A stretch of DNA of 32,000 bases from Propionibacterium ruminifibrarum (GCF_900289195.1 NZ_OMOH01000012.1:1-32000), one strand, 5' to 3'; positions 12,837 through 21,951 are shown, numbered from the stretch's first letter. Numbers and translations: made by a program. Notes: a model not told the origin generated them from the letters alone.

Positions 12837-13373
12837 TCAGATGACTTCCTCGTTGTCGAGCCGGTAGACGCGGTTGATGCGCCTGGTGCCGTCGGCGCGC
12901 AGCGCCTGCTCGGCCGATTTGTGCACGAAGACGAAACCTAGTTTCTGGATCGCCTTGTTGGCCCGCTCGTCGGCGTCGTCGGCGCGCGTGATGACACCGG
13001 AGCAGTCGTTCGCACGGGCCTCGTGGATCATCAGGCGCACCAGGCGCAGATGCAGCCCAGTGCCCCAGACGCTGGGCGACAGATAGGTGGCGCCCAGCTC
13101 GACGCACTCGCCTCGACGGAAGTGGCTGGAGGTGCCGATGACCCTCCCGTCGAGACAGGCCGTCCAGGCGATGCGTTCGGGGCCGTCCTCGCGCTGGGCG
13201 AGCCTGGCGGCCAGATCCTCCGGCCCGTCGGGCATGCCCTTGGGCGCCGAACCCCAGACCTCGGGGGAGGACAGCGCCTCCCACAGCGGCTCGGCGTCGT
13301 GTTCGGGATCCCATACGTGCGCGGTGAGGTCACCGGCGCGCAGCACCTGCTCGGCGAACGGCCAACGAAGCAT
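12837..13373 (-). CDS. GNAT-family N-acetyltransferase (RimJ/RimL-like)
   Basis: 178 aa. The pattern fits the GNAT fold with an acetyl-CoA-binding region: ...IGTSSHF...ELGATYLSPSVWGTGLHLRLVRLMIHEA...ANKAIQKLGFVF. Confidence 0.8.
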   Translation of the reverse strand: MLRWPFAEQVLRAGDLTAHVWDPEHDAEPLWEALSSPEVWGSAPKGMPDGPEDLAARLAQREDGPERIAWTACLDGRVIGTSSHFRRGECVELGATYLSPSVWGTGLHLRLVRLMIHEARANDCSGVITRADDADERANKAIQKLGFVFVHKSAEQALRADGTRRINRVYRLDNEEVI

Positions 13374-13468
13374 GTCTCAACCCTCCGATGCCCCGACGCC
13401 CACCGGCGCCCGGGCGCGTCGCGCACGGACTCTCCCGTCAACGCTAGCGCGGCCGGGCGCCGGACGCA

Positions 13469-14716
13469 TCAGGACTGCTCGGTCTTGGCCTTGGACCTCT
13501 CGAGTGCGCGCTTGCGGGCCACCTCGGAGCGCTCGGCGATCTCGGCGGCGTGCTGCTCATCGCGGGTGAGATTGCGTCCGGACTCCGGGTCGAAGACCAT
13601 CATGTCCTCCGGCCTGAAGTACAGCGAGGCCTCCTCGCCCTCCAGGATGCGCGAACTCGGGTCGAGATTGACGATGAACTGCGTGCGCATTCCCTCGCCG
13701 TCCAGGTCCCGGTCGAGTTCCTCGAGGGTGCTCTGCACAGCCGGGTCGGAGGTGAAGGGCACGTACGCGTACTGCTCATTGCCGAGCCACTCGGTGACGT
13801 CCACGACGGAGGAGAACTCCACGGCCCCTTCCGGGGGAGTGTGCACGTCGGCGTCCTTGATCACCTCGGGGCGCAGGCCCACGACGACGACGTCCTTGCC
13901 CTCCAGGTCGGCGCGGATGCGCTCGGGGATCGGCGCGCTCGTCATCGGCAGCTCCAGGCGGCCGTCGCGCACCCTGGCGGGCAGGAAGTTCATCGGGGGA
14001 GAGCCGATGAACCCGGCGACGAAGAGGTTGACCGGCTCCTCGTAGAGCTCGCGCGGTGAGGCGCACTGCTGCAGCACGCCCTTGCGCATCACGGCCACCC
14101 GGTCGCCCAGCGTCATGGCCTCGGTCTGGTCGTGGGTGACGTAGACCGTCGTGATGCCGAGCCTGCGCTGCAGGCGGGCGATCTCGGTGCGCATCTGGCC
14201 GCGCAGCTTGGCGTCCAGGTTGCTGAGCGGCTCGTCGAAGAGGAAGGCGTCGGCGTCCCGGACGATGGCCCGCCCCATGGCCACGCGCTGGCGCTGGCCG
14301 CCGGACAGGTTCGCCGGCTTGCGGTCGAGGTGCTCGGTCAGTTCGAGCATCTCCGCCGCCTGGTTGACGCGCCGGTCGATCTCGGCCTGGGACATCTTGT
14401 TGCGCCCGAGCCGCAGCGGGAAGGCGATGTTCTCGCGCACGGTCAGGTGCGGGTAGAGCGCATAGTTCTGGAAGACCATTGCCAGGTTGCGGTCCTTCGG
14501 CGCCAGGTCGTTCACCCGCTTGCCGTTGATCTCCAGGTCGCCGCCGGTGATGTCCTCCAGGCCGACGATCATGCGCAGCGTCGTCGACTTGCCGCAGCCG
14601 GAGGGGCCGACGAGGATCATGAACTCGCCGTCGGCGATGTCCAGGCTGATGTCGTTGACGGCCTTGAAGCCGTCGCCGTATTCCTTGACGATGTTTTTCA
14701 GAGTGATCTGGGACAT
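13469..14716 (-). CDS. Sugar ABC transporter ATP-binding protein (MalK/MsiK/SugC type)
   Basis: Walker A GPSGCGKST, signature LSGGQRQR, Walker B FLFDEPLSNLD, and a C-terminal MalK-like regulatory domain. It is the last gene of a four-gene transporter operon. Confidence 0.9.
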   Translation of the reverse strand: MSQITLKNIVKEYGDGFKAVNDISLDIADGEFMILVGPSGCGKSTTLRMIVGLEDITGGDLEINGKRVNDLAPKDRNLAMVFQNYALYPHLTVRENIAFPLRLGRNKMSQAEIDRRVNQAAEMLELTEHLDRKPANLSGGQRQRVAMGRAIVRDADAFLFDEPLSNLDAKLRGQMRTEIARLQRRLGITTVYVTHDQTEAMTLGDRVAVMRKGVLQQCASPRELYEEPVNLFVAGFIGSPPMNFLPARVRDGRLELPMTSAPIPERIRADLEGKDVVVVGLRPEVIKDADVHTPPEGAVEFSSVVDVTEWLGNEQYAYVPFTSDPAVQSTLEELDRDLDGEGMRTQFIVNLDPSSRILEGEEASLYFRPEDMMVFDPESGRNLTRDEQHAAEIAERSEVARKRALERSKAKTEQS

Positions 14717-14733
14717 TGCGAATTCCTAGGGGT

Positions 14734-15576
14734 TCAGCCTTTGACGGCGCCGGAGGTGAGGCCGGAGACGATCTGGCGCTGGAAGAAGAGGACGAGCAGG
14801 ACGACGGGGATGGTCACGACGACACCTGCGGCGCAGATGGCGCCGGTCGGTGACTCGAACTGGCTGGCGCCGGTGAAGAACGCCAGTGCCGCCGGAACGG
14901 TGCGGGCGTGGTCACTGGTCAGCGACATGGCGAAGACGAAGTCGTTCCACGCCGTGAAGAAGGCGATGATCGCGGTCGTGAAGACCCCGGGGGCGGCGAG
15001 CGGGACGATGACCTTCCGGAAGGCCTCCCAGCTCGTGGCCCCGTCGACCTGGGCGGCCTGCTCCATCTCCCAGGGGATCTGCTGGAAGAAGGCCGACAGC
15101 GTCCAGATCGACAGCGGCAGCGTCAGCACGAGGTAGGGCAGGATCAGGCCAGGGATCGTGTCGAACAGGTGGATTCGGCGCCACAGGTCGAACAGCGGGG
15201 TGACCAGTGAGATGACGGGGAAGAAGGACACCGTCAGGGCCGTGCCGAGGATCAGTCGCTTGCCGGGGAAGTCCAGGCGCGCGATCGCGTAGGCGCAGAA
15301 GGTCGCCAGGATCACGGCGATGAGCGTGGCGGCGATGGCGACGACGATCGAGTTGCGCAGCGCCGGGAGGAAGAGGTCCTTCGCGCCGCCGGTGAAGATC
15401 AGCTGGTAGTTCTCCAGCGTCGGGTTGTGCGCCCAGAACTTCCCGTCGGCCCGGTCCGCCGTCGACTTGAGCGACATGTTGAGGATCCACAGCAGCGGGA
15501 CGACCGTGTAGACGATGATCGCCACCGAGGCGACGATCTGCCAGAACTTCTGGCTACCGGACATTTCACGATTCAT
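14734..15576 (-). CDS. Carbohydrate ABC transporter permease (MalG/SugB type)
   Basis: 280 aa with six predicted TM segments. The CUT1 permease EAA-like region is EQAAQVDGATSWEAFRKVIVPLAAPG. Confidence 0.9.
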   Translation of the reverse strand: MNREMSGSQKFWQIVASVAIIVYTVVPLLWILNMSLKSTADRADGKFWAHNPTLENYQLIFTGGAKDLFLPALRNSIVVAIAATLIAVILATFCAYAIARLDFPGKRLILGTALTVSFFPVISLVTPLFDLWRRIHLFDTIPGLILPYLVLTLPLSIWTLSAFFQQIPWEMEQAAQVDGATSWEAFRKVIVPLAAPGVFTTAIIAFFTAWNDFVFAMSLTSDHARTVPAALAFFTGASQFESPTGAICAAGVVVTIPVVLLVLFFQRQIVSGLTSGAVKG

Positions 15577-15582
15577 CGGAGC

Positions 15583-16506
15583 TCACTTCCTTCCACCGGC
15601 CAGGTCGACGCGGAAGCCCTTGACGAAGATCATCGCGATGATGACGACGCAGCAGAACAACAGCACGGACACGGCCGAACCGAGCCCGACCTCGGTGCGG
15701 GAGATCGTCTGGTTGTAGGCCACCAGCGACAGCGACGAGGTGTCGTGGCTGCCGGCGGTCATGATGAAGATGTTGTCGAAGATCCTGAAGGCGTCGAGGG
15801 TCCTGAACAGGAGCGCAACCATGATCTGCGACTTCATGTTGGGCAGGATCACCTTGCGCAGCCGCTCGCCCCAGGTCGCGCCGTCGACGACGGCGGCCTC
15901 CTCCATGGCGCTGTCGATCTGGGTCAGCCCGGCGAGCAGCAGCAGCGACATGAACGGGGTGGTCTTCCAGATCTCCGAGATGCAGATCGGCACCATCGCG
16001 CTCCAGAACCCGCCGAACCAGTCGAAGTCGGCGGGGAACAGGCCGAACGACAGCTTGTTGAGCAGCGGGTCGACGAACCCGGTGTCGGTGGCGAAGGCGT
16101 AGAACCAGGAGAACGCCGAGACGACGGTGATGATCGAGTAGGGGATCAGCACGATGGTGCGCAGCAGGCCCCGGCCGTAGATGACCTTCTCCATGGCCAG
16201 GGCGATGGCGAAACCGAGCACCAGCTCGACGACCACGGTCACCACGGTGATGAGGGTGGTCGTGCCGAACGCCCGCCACCACAGCGGGTCGGTGAGGATG
16301 ATCCCGTAGTTGCGCAGGAAGACGAACTCGCGCTGGTCGGGGTCGGTGAGGCGGTACTTGAACAGCGAGGTGTAGACCGCCTGCAGGATGGGGTAGAAGG
16401 TGACCAGGATCATGATGACGAAGGCCGGTCCGGCCAGCCTCCAGCCCAGCCTGCGCTCGTCGCGCGCCCGGTCACTCAGGTGATTCTCAACGGTTCTGGT
16501 ACTCAT
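15583..16506 (-). CDS. Carbohydrate ABC transporter permease (MalF/SugA type)
   Basis: 307 aa. The stretch EIWKTTPFMSLLLLAGL...EEAAVVDGATWGERLRKVILPNMK...LLFRTLDAFRIFDNIF closely resembles my recollection of mycobacterial SugA. Its start overlaps the SBP stop as ATGA (16503-16506). Confidence 0.9.
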   Translation of the reverse strand: MSTRTVENHLSDRARDERRLGWRLAGPAFVIMILVTFYPILQAVYTSLFKYRLTDPDQREFVFLRNYGIILTDPLWWRAFGTTTLITVVTVVVELVLGFAIALAMEKVIYGRGLLRTIVLIPYSIITVVSAFSWFYAFATDTGFVDPLLNKLSFGLFPADFDWFGGFWSAMVPICISEIWKTTPFMSLLLLAGLTQIDSAMEEAAVVDGATWGERLRKVILPNMKSQIMVALLFRTLDAFRIFDNIFIMTAGSHDTSSLSLVAYNQTISRTEVGLGSAVSVLLFCCVVIIAMIFVKGFRVDLAGGRK

Positions 16507-17816
16507 AGCAGGGCCTCTCCCCGCAGGACTTTCATGATCAGCTCGGTGGACTCCGCCGGTGTCCGGTTCGGGTCCACCTGCTCGGGCGGCGACCAGGTGC
16601 GCTGCACGGCGGTGGACAGGTCACCGTAGTAGGAGGTGCGGGGGCGCTGCACGGCCTGGTTCAGCGACTCGCGGAAGACGTCGGCCATCGGGAACTGCTC
16701 CTGGATCTGCGGGTCGTCGAACACCGAGGAGCGGGAGGCCGCGTTGCCGGTGCCGAGCATGTACTCCTTCTGGTGCTCGGCGCTGGTGATGCAGGAGATC
16801 GCCTGCCAGGCCTTGTCCTTGTTCCTCGAGGCCGTGTTGACCCCGAGTTCGATACCGCCGAACGGGGGAGCGGCCGGTTTGTCCGCATCCACTCGCGGAT
16901 AGGTGGTCCAGGCGATGTCGTCGAGGAAGGACAGGTCGTTCTCCTTCATGGCGGCGTAGACGTAGAGCCAGTTGAGCATGAAGCCCGAGGTCTCCTCGTC
17001 CTGGAACATGTTGAGCGCGTTGGTCTCGTTCATCGAGGACAGGGCCGGGCCGACGGCGCCGGAGCCGGCAAGCTCCTGGATGATCTCGGCGGCCCGCTTC
17101 CCCTCGGGGGTGTCGAGCCCAAGCTGGGTGTCCTCCGCCGAGGCGCCCTCGTTCTGCACGATCGAACCGCCGGCGCCCGCGACGAGGGCGTTGATGAGCA
17201 CGGTGTAACCCTCGTAGCGCCTGGCCTGGACGGCGAAGTCCGTGTCCGTCGCTTGGGCGGCCTCGATGATCTGCTCGAAGGTGACCGGCTTGGTCATGTC
17301 GAGGCCGGCTTCGGCGGCCACCGACTTGCGGTACCACAGCAGCTGCGTATTGGCCCAGAAGGGGGCCGCGACGAACGTGTCGTTCCACTGGGAGGCGTCG
17401 AGGGAGCCCTGCACCCGGTCGTCGGTGAAGTCCTCGATGTACTGCTCGGGGACGTCCACGAGGTAGCCGGCCTCGGCGAACTCGGGAACGACCACGGGGT
17501 CGAGGCTCATGATGTCGACGCCGGAGTCGTTCGCAGCCAGGCGCCGGACCAGCTGCTCGCGCTGGTCGGTGGCCTCGTTCGGCAGCTGCTCCACCTGGAT
17601 GGTGTACGCGCCGCCGGAGGCCTCTGAGCACTCCGCCGCCAGCTGGGCCTGTCCGCCGCCGGTGGGGGATGCGCCGCCACCGTCGGGATTGATGAACCAG
17701 GTGAGGGTGTCGGTGCCTCCGGCATCGCCCCCACAACCGGTCAGGCCTGAGACTGCCAGGGCGAGTAGGCACCCGCCCAGCAGGGGTTTGAGAGCTCTTG
17801 TTCTTCTCGGTCTCAT
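16503..17816 (-). CDS. Extracellular solute-binding lipoprotein of the sugar ABC transporter (LpqY-like)
   Basis: Signal peptide with lipobox: MRPRRTRALKPLLGGCLLALAVSGLTGC. Has family-1 SBP length. ATG 17816 has GAGG 9 nt upstream; the track start GTG 17822 is two codons longer. Confidence 0.85.
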   Translation of the reverse strand: MRPRRTRALKPLLGGCLLALAVSGLTGCGGDAGGTDTLTWFINPDGGGASPTGGGQAQLAAECSEASGGAYTIQVEQLPNEATDQREQLVRRLAANDSGVDIMSLDPVVVPEFAEAGYLVDVPEQYIEDFTDDRVQGSLDASQWNDTFVAAPFWANTQLLWYRKSVAAEAGLDMTKPVTFEQIIEAAQATDTDFAVQARRYEGYTVLINALVAGAGGSIVQNEGASAEDTQLGLDTPEGKRAAEIIQELAGSGAVGPALSSMNETNALNMFQDEETSGFMLNWLYVYAAMKENDLSFLDDIAWTTYPRVDADKPAAPPFGGIELGVNTASRNKDKAWQAISCITSAEHQKEYMLGTGNAASRSSVFDDPQIQEQFPMADVFRESLNQAVQRPRTSYYGDLSTAVQRTWSPPEQVDPNRTPAESTELIMKVLRGEALL

Positions 17817-17848
17817 GGTCACCTGCCTCGTTGCATGATGAATCCGCG

Positions 17849-17877
17849 CTCACCGCAGAATTCCTCACCGATCCTAG
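17849..17877 (-). promoter_or_regulatory. Candidate promoter/operator of the sugar ABC operon: -10 TAGGAT followed by direct repeats CGGTGAG-N8-CGGTGAG around a GAATTC core
   Basis: The minus strand reads cTAGGATCGGTGAGGAATTCTGCGGTGAGcg. TAGGAT fits the actinobacterial TAnnnT. The repeats (17870-17864 and 17855-17849) lie at or just after the expected transcription start, about 30-55 nt before the start codon. Confidence 0.3.
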
Positions 17878-17911
17878 GTGCGGGGTCCGCTGAGAGGGCG
17901 CCGGTCCGGAT

Positions 17912-17954
17912 CCCGTCGTGGCCTGTTCGCGGTGTGCGAACAGGCCACGACGGG
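17912..17954 (-). terminator. Perfect 19-bp stem / 5-nt loop hairpin 8 nt after the NatB-like permease stop. Likely a factor-independent terminator with no U-tract.
   Basis: cccgtcgtggcctgttcgc-ggtgt-gcgaacaggccacgacggg, read directly from the sequence. It lies between two co-oriented operons. Confidence 0.55.
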
Positions 17955-17961
17955 GCTGCGA

Positions 17962-19137
17962 TCACGCGGCCTGTCGGCCGAGCGCCTGCTTGAGGCTCAC
18001 CCTGCCGTGGGTCTGCAGCAGCGAGCGGTTGTAGATCATCGACCCGATCCAGATCGCCAGCGGGACGAAGGCCAGGGTGATCGCCAGGGCGATGACGGCC
18101 TGCCACCAGGGGACCCCGCTGGTTGCGAGGCGGGCCGGCATGAGGACGCAGGAGACGATGGGGACGAAGGACAGCACGGTCTGTGCCTGGCCGTGGACGG
18201 CGAAGCCCACGACGTAGACGGCCATGAGCAGCCAGGTCAGCGGCTGGGAGGTGTGCTGCAGGTCCTCCTGGGAGCTGGCCAGGGCACCGGCCGCGGCCCA
18301 CAGGCAGGCCAGGGCGAGGAAGCCGACGAGGAAGAAGCCCAGGAACCAGACGATGGAACCGGACAGGCCCGGCAGGAAACTGCCGAGGTCGGTCTGCGAC
18401 AGGCCGATGAGGCCGACGGCCAGGTAGAGGGCCATCTGGGCCAGGGCCATGAGCGTGTTCCCGGCGATCTTGCCCAGCAACAGTTGATGCGTCGGCACGG
18501 CGGCCGCCAGGATCTCGATGACCCGGGACTGCTTCTCGCCGGTCACCGACTGGGCGATCTGCATGCCGAACAGGAGCGAGGAGACCATGAACAGCACCGA
18601 GAAGGTGAGCCCGACCATGTAGCCCCGCATGGTGAAGCCGGCATTCGGGTCCAGTTCCTCACTCGTGACGTTCATGGCGGCGGCCAGTTGTTCGCCGCTC
18701 AGGCCGGCCTGGGTGGCGATCTCGGTCAGGGCGCCCTGTGAGACGGCCGTGCTGGTGTACGACAGCAGCTGGCTGTCGCTGGACCCTCCGAAGGTGAGTA
18801 CCCAGCCGGACTCGGTGCGGTGCAGCCAGGCCGCGTCGTCGTCATCGGCGAGCCGGGCGCGGGCCTCGCCCTCGTCGCTCGCCTGGACGTGCTCGACCCG
18901 CGCGTCGGAGCCGTTGGCCCGGGCCACCGGTTCGATGGCCTCGGCGACCTGTGCCGAGACGGTGTCGGTGGTCACGACGGTGAAGGTCTGCTCCCTGGTG
19001 TTCTGCCAGGCGGCGAATCCCAGTGCGCCGGCGATGACGGCCAGCATGAGGACGGTCGAGATGATGAAGCCCCGGTCGCGGAGCTTGACGGACATCTCGT
19101 GGCCGGCGACGGTCAGCCACAGGTTCTTGGTGTTCAT
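17962..19137 (-). CDS. ABC-2 type transporter permease (NatB-like)
   Basis: 391 aa. It has an N-terminal TM segment, a large extracytoplasmic domain and then five C-terminal TM segments, the typical NatB/ABC-2 architecture. Its start overlaps the upstream ATPase stop (19134-19137). Confidence 0.8.
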   Translation of the reverse strand: MNTKNLWLTVAGHEMSVKLRDRGFIISTVLMLAVIAGALGFAAWQNTREQTFTVVTTDTVSAQVAEAIEPVARANGSDARVEHVQASDEGEARARLADDDDAAWLHRTESGWVLTFGGSSDSQLLSYTSTAVSQGALTEIATQAGLSGEQLAAAMNVTSEELDPNAGFTMRGYMVGLTFSVLFMVSSLLFGMQIAQSVTGEKQSRVIEILAAAVPTHQLLLGKIAGNTLMALAQMALYLAVGLIGLSQTDLGSFLPGLSGSIVWFLGFFLVGFLALACLWAAAGALASSQEDLQHTSQPLTWLLMAVYVVGFAVHGQAQTVLSFVPIVSCVLMPARLATSGVPWWQAVIALAITLAFVPLAIWIGSMIYNRSLLQTHGRVSLKQALGRQAA

Positions 19138-20015
19138 CGGGTCACCTCACGGTAGATCTCGGCAAGAGTGGGACGGATCTCGGCCAGCTCGCGCACCTCG
19201 CCCCTGGCCAGGGCCTCGGTCAGCAGGGCGCGGCGGGCCGCGTCGTCGTCCAGGATCAGCAGGGCCCTGGGGCCGTCCACGTCCAGGACGGACAGACCAG
19301 TCATGTCACGCACCCACCCGGTGTCGGTGTCCATGACCAGCCGATGCCTGGCAGTGCCGCGACTGCGCAGCTCCTCGCCAGTGCCGTCGGCCACGACCCG
19401 CCCCTGGGAGAGGATGACGAGACGGTCGCACAGGCGCTCGACCAGCTCGAGCTGGTGGGAGCTGAACAGCAGGGGCACGCCGGTGGCGGTCCGGGTGCTC
19501 AGCACCTCGGAGAGCGAGTCGACCGCGTCGGGGTCGAGCCCGCTGAACGGCTCGTCGAGGATGAGGGCGGCCGGCTCGGCCATGACGGCCGCGGCGATCT
19601 GGACGCGCTGCTGATTGCCGAGGGAGAGCTTCTCGAGCTTCTCCTTGGCCCGGTCGCCCAGGCCGAAGGCCTCGAGCAACTGCATGGCCTCCGCCCGCGC
19701 CCCGGCGGTGGAGGCCCCGCGCAGTCGCGCCAGGTAGACGAGCTGGTCGAGCACCTGCTGCTTCGGGTAGAGGCCGCGCTCCTCGGGCATGTACCCGATC
19801 GTGCGGCGCTCGGCGGCGGTGATCTGCGCGCCGTTCCACAGCACGTCGCCGGCGTCGGGGGCGAGCAGGCCCATGATCATGCGCATCGTCGTCGTCTTGC
19901 CGGCGCCGTTGCCGCCGATGAAGCCCACGGTCGAGCCGTCGGGCACCTGGAAGCTGACGTCGTCGACGGCGACCAGGTCGCCGAACCGACGCGTGAGATG
20001 ACGTGTTTCGAACAT
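19134..20015 (-). CDS. ABC transporter ATP-binding protein (NatA-like, with a C-terminal DUF4162-type domain)
   Basis: Walker A GGNGAGKTT, signature LSLGNQQR, Walker B LILDEPFSGLD. The track start 20204 is over-extended. The protein begins MFETRHLTRRFG at ATG 20015 (alternative ATG 20024), with a G-rich SD just upstream. Confidence 0.85.
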   Translation of the reverse strand: MFETRHLTRRFGDLVAVDDVSFQVPDGSTVGFIGGNGAGKTTTMRMIMGLLAPDAGDVLWNGAQITAAERRTIGYMPEERGLYPKQQVLDQLVYLARLRGASTAGARAEAMQLLEAFGLGDRAKEKLEKLSLGNQQRVQIAAAVMAEPAALILDEPFSGLDPDAVDSLSEVLSTRTATGVPLLFSSHQLELVERLCDRLVILSQGRVVADGTGEELRSRGTARHRLVMDTDTGWVRDMTGLSVLDVDGPRALLILDDDAARRALLTEALARGEVRELAEIRPTLAEIYREVTR

Positions 20016-20179
20016 GCCCCCCATCCTGTCGGCGAGCCCGTGCCGACACATCGGCCTTGCGGGCGAATCCGTAAGGGTGCCCCTGAGGGAGGAGTCCTCG
20101 TTCGAAGGGATGAGGCGTCCGCGGAGGGCATCTGGCAGGCTGACAGGGTCTGGATCGTCCATGCGCCGGAGGAGGCCGC

Positions 20180-21133
20180 ATGACTCTTCCCGTGAATGAG
20201 CCATTGATCCGTGTCACCGGCGCGGTGAAGCACTATGGCGAGCTGGCGGCGCTGTGCGGGGTGGACCTCGAACTCCGCCCGGGCGAGACACTCGGGGTCC
20301 TGGGGGCCAATGGTGCGGGGAAGACCACCTTGATCGAGTCGATCATGGGAGCGCGCCGGCTCGACGGGGGCGGAATCGAGGTGCGGGGCCTGTCGCCGGT
20401 GTTGCAGCGCTCGGAGTGCCTGAGGCACGTGAGCCTGCAACCACAGGATTCGTCACTGTTCAAGCATCTGACCGTTCTGGAGCACGTCGCGCTCTGGGCC
20501 TCGCTCTACCCGAGCCCGCATCCGGTCGATGAGATCATCGCCATGGTCGGCCTGGACGACAGGCGGCGGGCACGGGTCAAGACCCTGTCGGGCGGCCAGC
20601 GGCAGAGACTGCGGCTGGCCCTGGCGCTGGTCGGGGGCACCGCGGTCGTGGCTCTCGATGAGCCGACGGCGGGTCTTGACCCATTGGCCCGCGAGCAGAC
20701 GTGGGACGTCATCCGCTGGCGCGCAGGCCTGGGTGCCGTGCTCATGACGACCCAGATGATGGACGAGGCCGAGGCGCTGTGCGACCGCGTCGTGATCCTC
20801 GACGCGGGCCGCGTCGTCGCCGAGGGCGCCGTCGACGATCTGCTGGACCGGTACGCGGGACGGGGCAGCGTCTCGTTCACGACCCGGGCCGTCGTCGACG
20901 ACGCAGTGCTGCAGGGGCTGCCGGGCGTGCTGTGGTTCTCGACCCGGCGAGTGGGCGACGGTGCGAGCGTCAGGCTGGTGAGCGCCGATGTTGCCCGGAC
21001 CCGAGCGGCCGTCCGGGCCTCGAGGGCTCTGCTGGCCGCACACGTCAGGGCCGCCGGTCCGTCACTGACCGACGTGTTCGTCCGGCTGGTCGGCCGGGAA
21101 CCGGCCGCCCATGTCCCCGGGGAGAACTCATGA
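20180..21133 (+). CDS. ABC transporter ATP-binding protein (DrrA/ABC-2 exporter type)
   Basis: Walker A GANGAGKTT, signature LSGGQRQR, Walker B ALDEPTAGLD. GGAGGAGG lies 5 nt upstream of ATG 20180. Confidence 0.85.
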   Translation: MTLPVNEPLIRVTGAVKHYGELAALCGVDLELRPGETLGVLGANGAGKTTLIESIMGARRLDGGGIEVRGLSPVLQRSECLRHVSLQPQDSSLFKHLTVLEHVALWASLYPSPHPVDEIIAMVGLDDRRRARVKTLSGGQRQRLRLALALVGGTAVVALDEPTAGLDPLAREQTWDVIRWRAGLGAVLMTTQMMDEAEALCDRVVILDAGRVVAEGAVDDLLDRYAGRGSVSFTTRAVVDDAVLQGLPGVLWFSTRRVGDGASVRLVSADVARTRAAVRASRALLAAHVRAAGPSLTDVFVRLVGREPAAHVPGENS

Positions 21134-21876
21134 AACAGGTGGGGGCTCTCACCCTGGCGAGTGTCAGGGAGATGCTGCGCGATCCGCTGGTGACCGGGCT
21201 GGCGATGGCGTACCCGGCGTTGTTCATCATCATGTTCCTGTTCCTGCCGGACCTGCCCCAGTCCCAGGGGAGTATCAGCGCCCTGACCTTCGGCCTTCCG
21301 GCGGTGCTCATCTTCGCCGTCCTGTCGCTGGCGCTGACGGGCACCGCCGCGCCCATGGCGCAGCTGCGCAGGGATGGCGTGCTGCGCAGCCTCGGCATGA
21401 CCCCGGTGACGCGCAGCCAGTACCTGTGGGCACAGCTACCGGGACGGCTCGCCGTGATCGGAGCCGAGACGGGCCTGATCTGCGTGCTGGCCGCCCTGAC
21501 CGGCTCGGCGTCCATTGGACCGCCCCTGCTGCTGTGCTGGGCCGTGGTGTTGTGCGCAGCGACCGCGCTGTCGATGGGACTGCTGGTCGGCGCCAGGTCC
21601 GACAATCCGGCGCTGGTCGGGGCGATCTCGGGTTTCCTGGGACCGGGCCTGCTGTTCCTGTGCGGCGTCTTCCTGCCGTACCGGATGATGCCCCCGGCGG
21701 TCGAGCGCATCGGCCTGCTCCTGCCGTACACCTATATCGGGGACATGCTGAGAGGCGCCCTGGCGGGGACCGATCTGGAGTATCCGATGGTGCGTGGCTC
21801 TCTCATCTGCATCGCCTGGACGGTCGTCACGGGGCTGTCGGCCTGGCGGGCCTTCGTCTGGGACGCGAACCGATGA
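21130..21876 (+). CDS. ABC-2 family transporter permease (DrrB-like), 248 aa
   Basis: ATG 21130 overlaps the ATPase stop as ATGA (21130-21133). Starts MKQVGALTLASVREMLRDPL..., followed by six hydrophobic segments. The coding part is the 3' portion of track ORF 20701..21876. Confidence 0.75.
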   Translation: MKQVGALTLASVREMLRDPLVTGLAMAYPALFIIMFLFLPDLPQSQGSISALTFGLPAVLIFAVLSLALTGTAAPMAQLRRDGVLRSLGMTPVTRSQYLWAQLPGRLAVIGAETGLICVLAALTGSASIGPPLLLCWAVVLCAATALSMGLLVGARSDNPALVGAISGFLGPGLLFLCGVFLPYRMMPPAVERIGLLLPYTYIGDMLRGALAGTDLEYPMVRGSLICIAWTVVTGLSAWRAFVWDANR

Positions 21877-21951
21877 CCACGTGACACCGGTCCGGCACAA
21901 CAGGGCGACTCTGAGGCCGACCGGGGCGCAGGCGAGGCGGCGGCGCCCCGC

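Noticed and set aside
13406-13417. 12-bp perfect palindrome gcgcccgggcgc between the GNAT start and the sugar ATPase stop
   Set aside because: Short all-GC palindromes are expected by chance at this base composition. It has no loop and so cannot make a useful hairpin, and nothing else supports a function.
20006-20024. TCGAAC half-site that might be a LexA/SOS box near the NatA-like start
   Set aside because: Only one half (TCGAAC) is present. The partner four bases away is CCCCCA rather than GTTCGA. I saw no full TCGAAC-N4-GTTCGA in any uvr upstream region.
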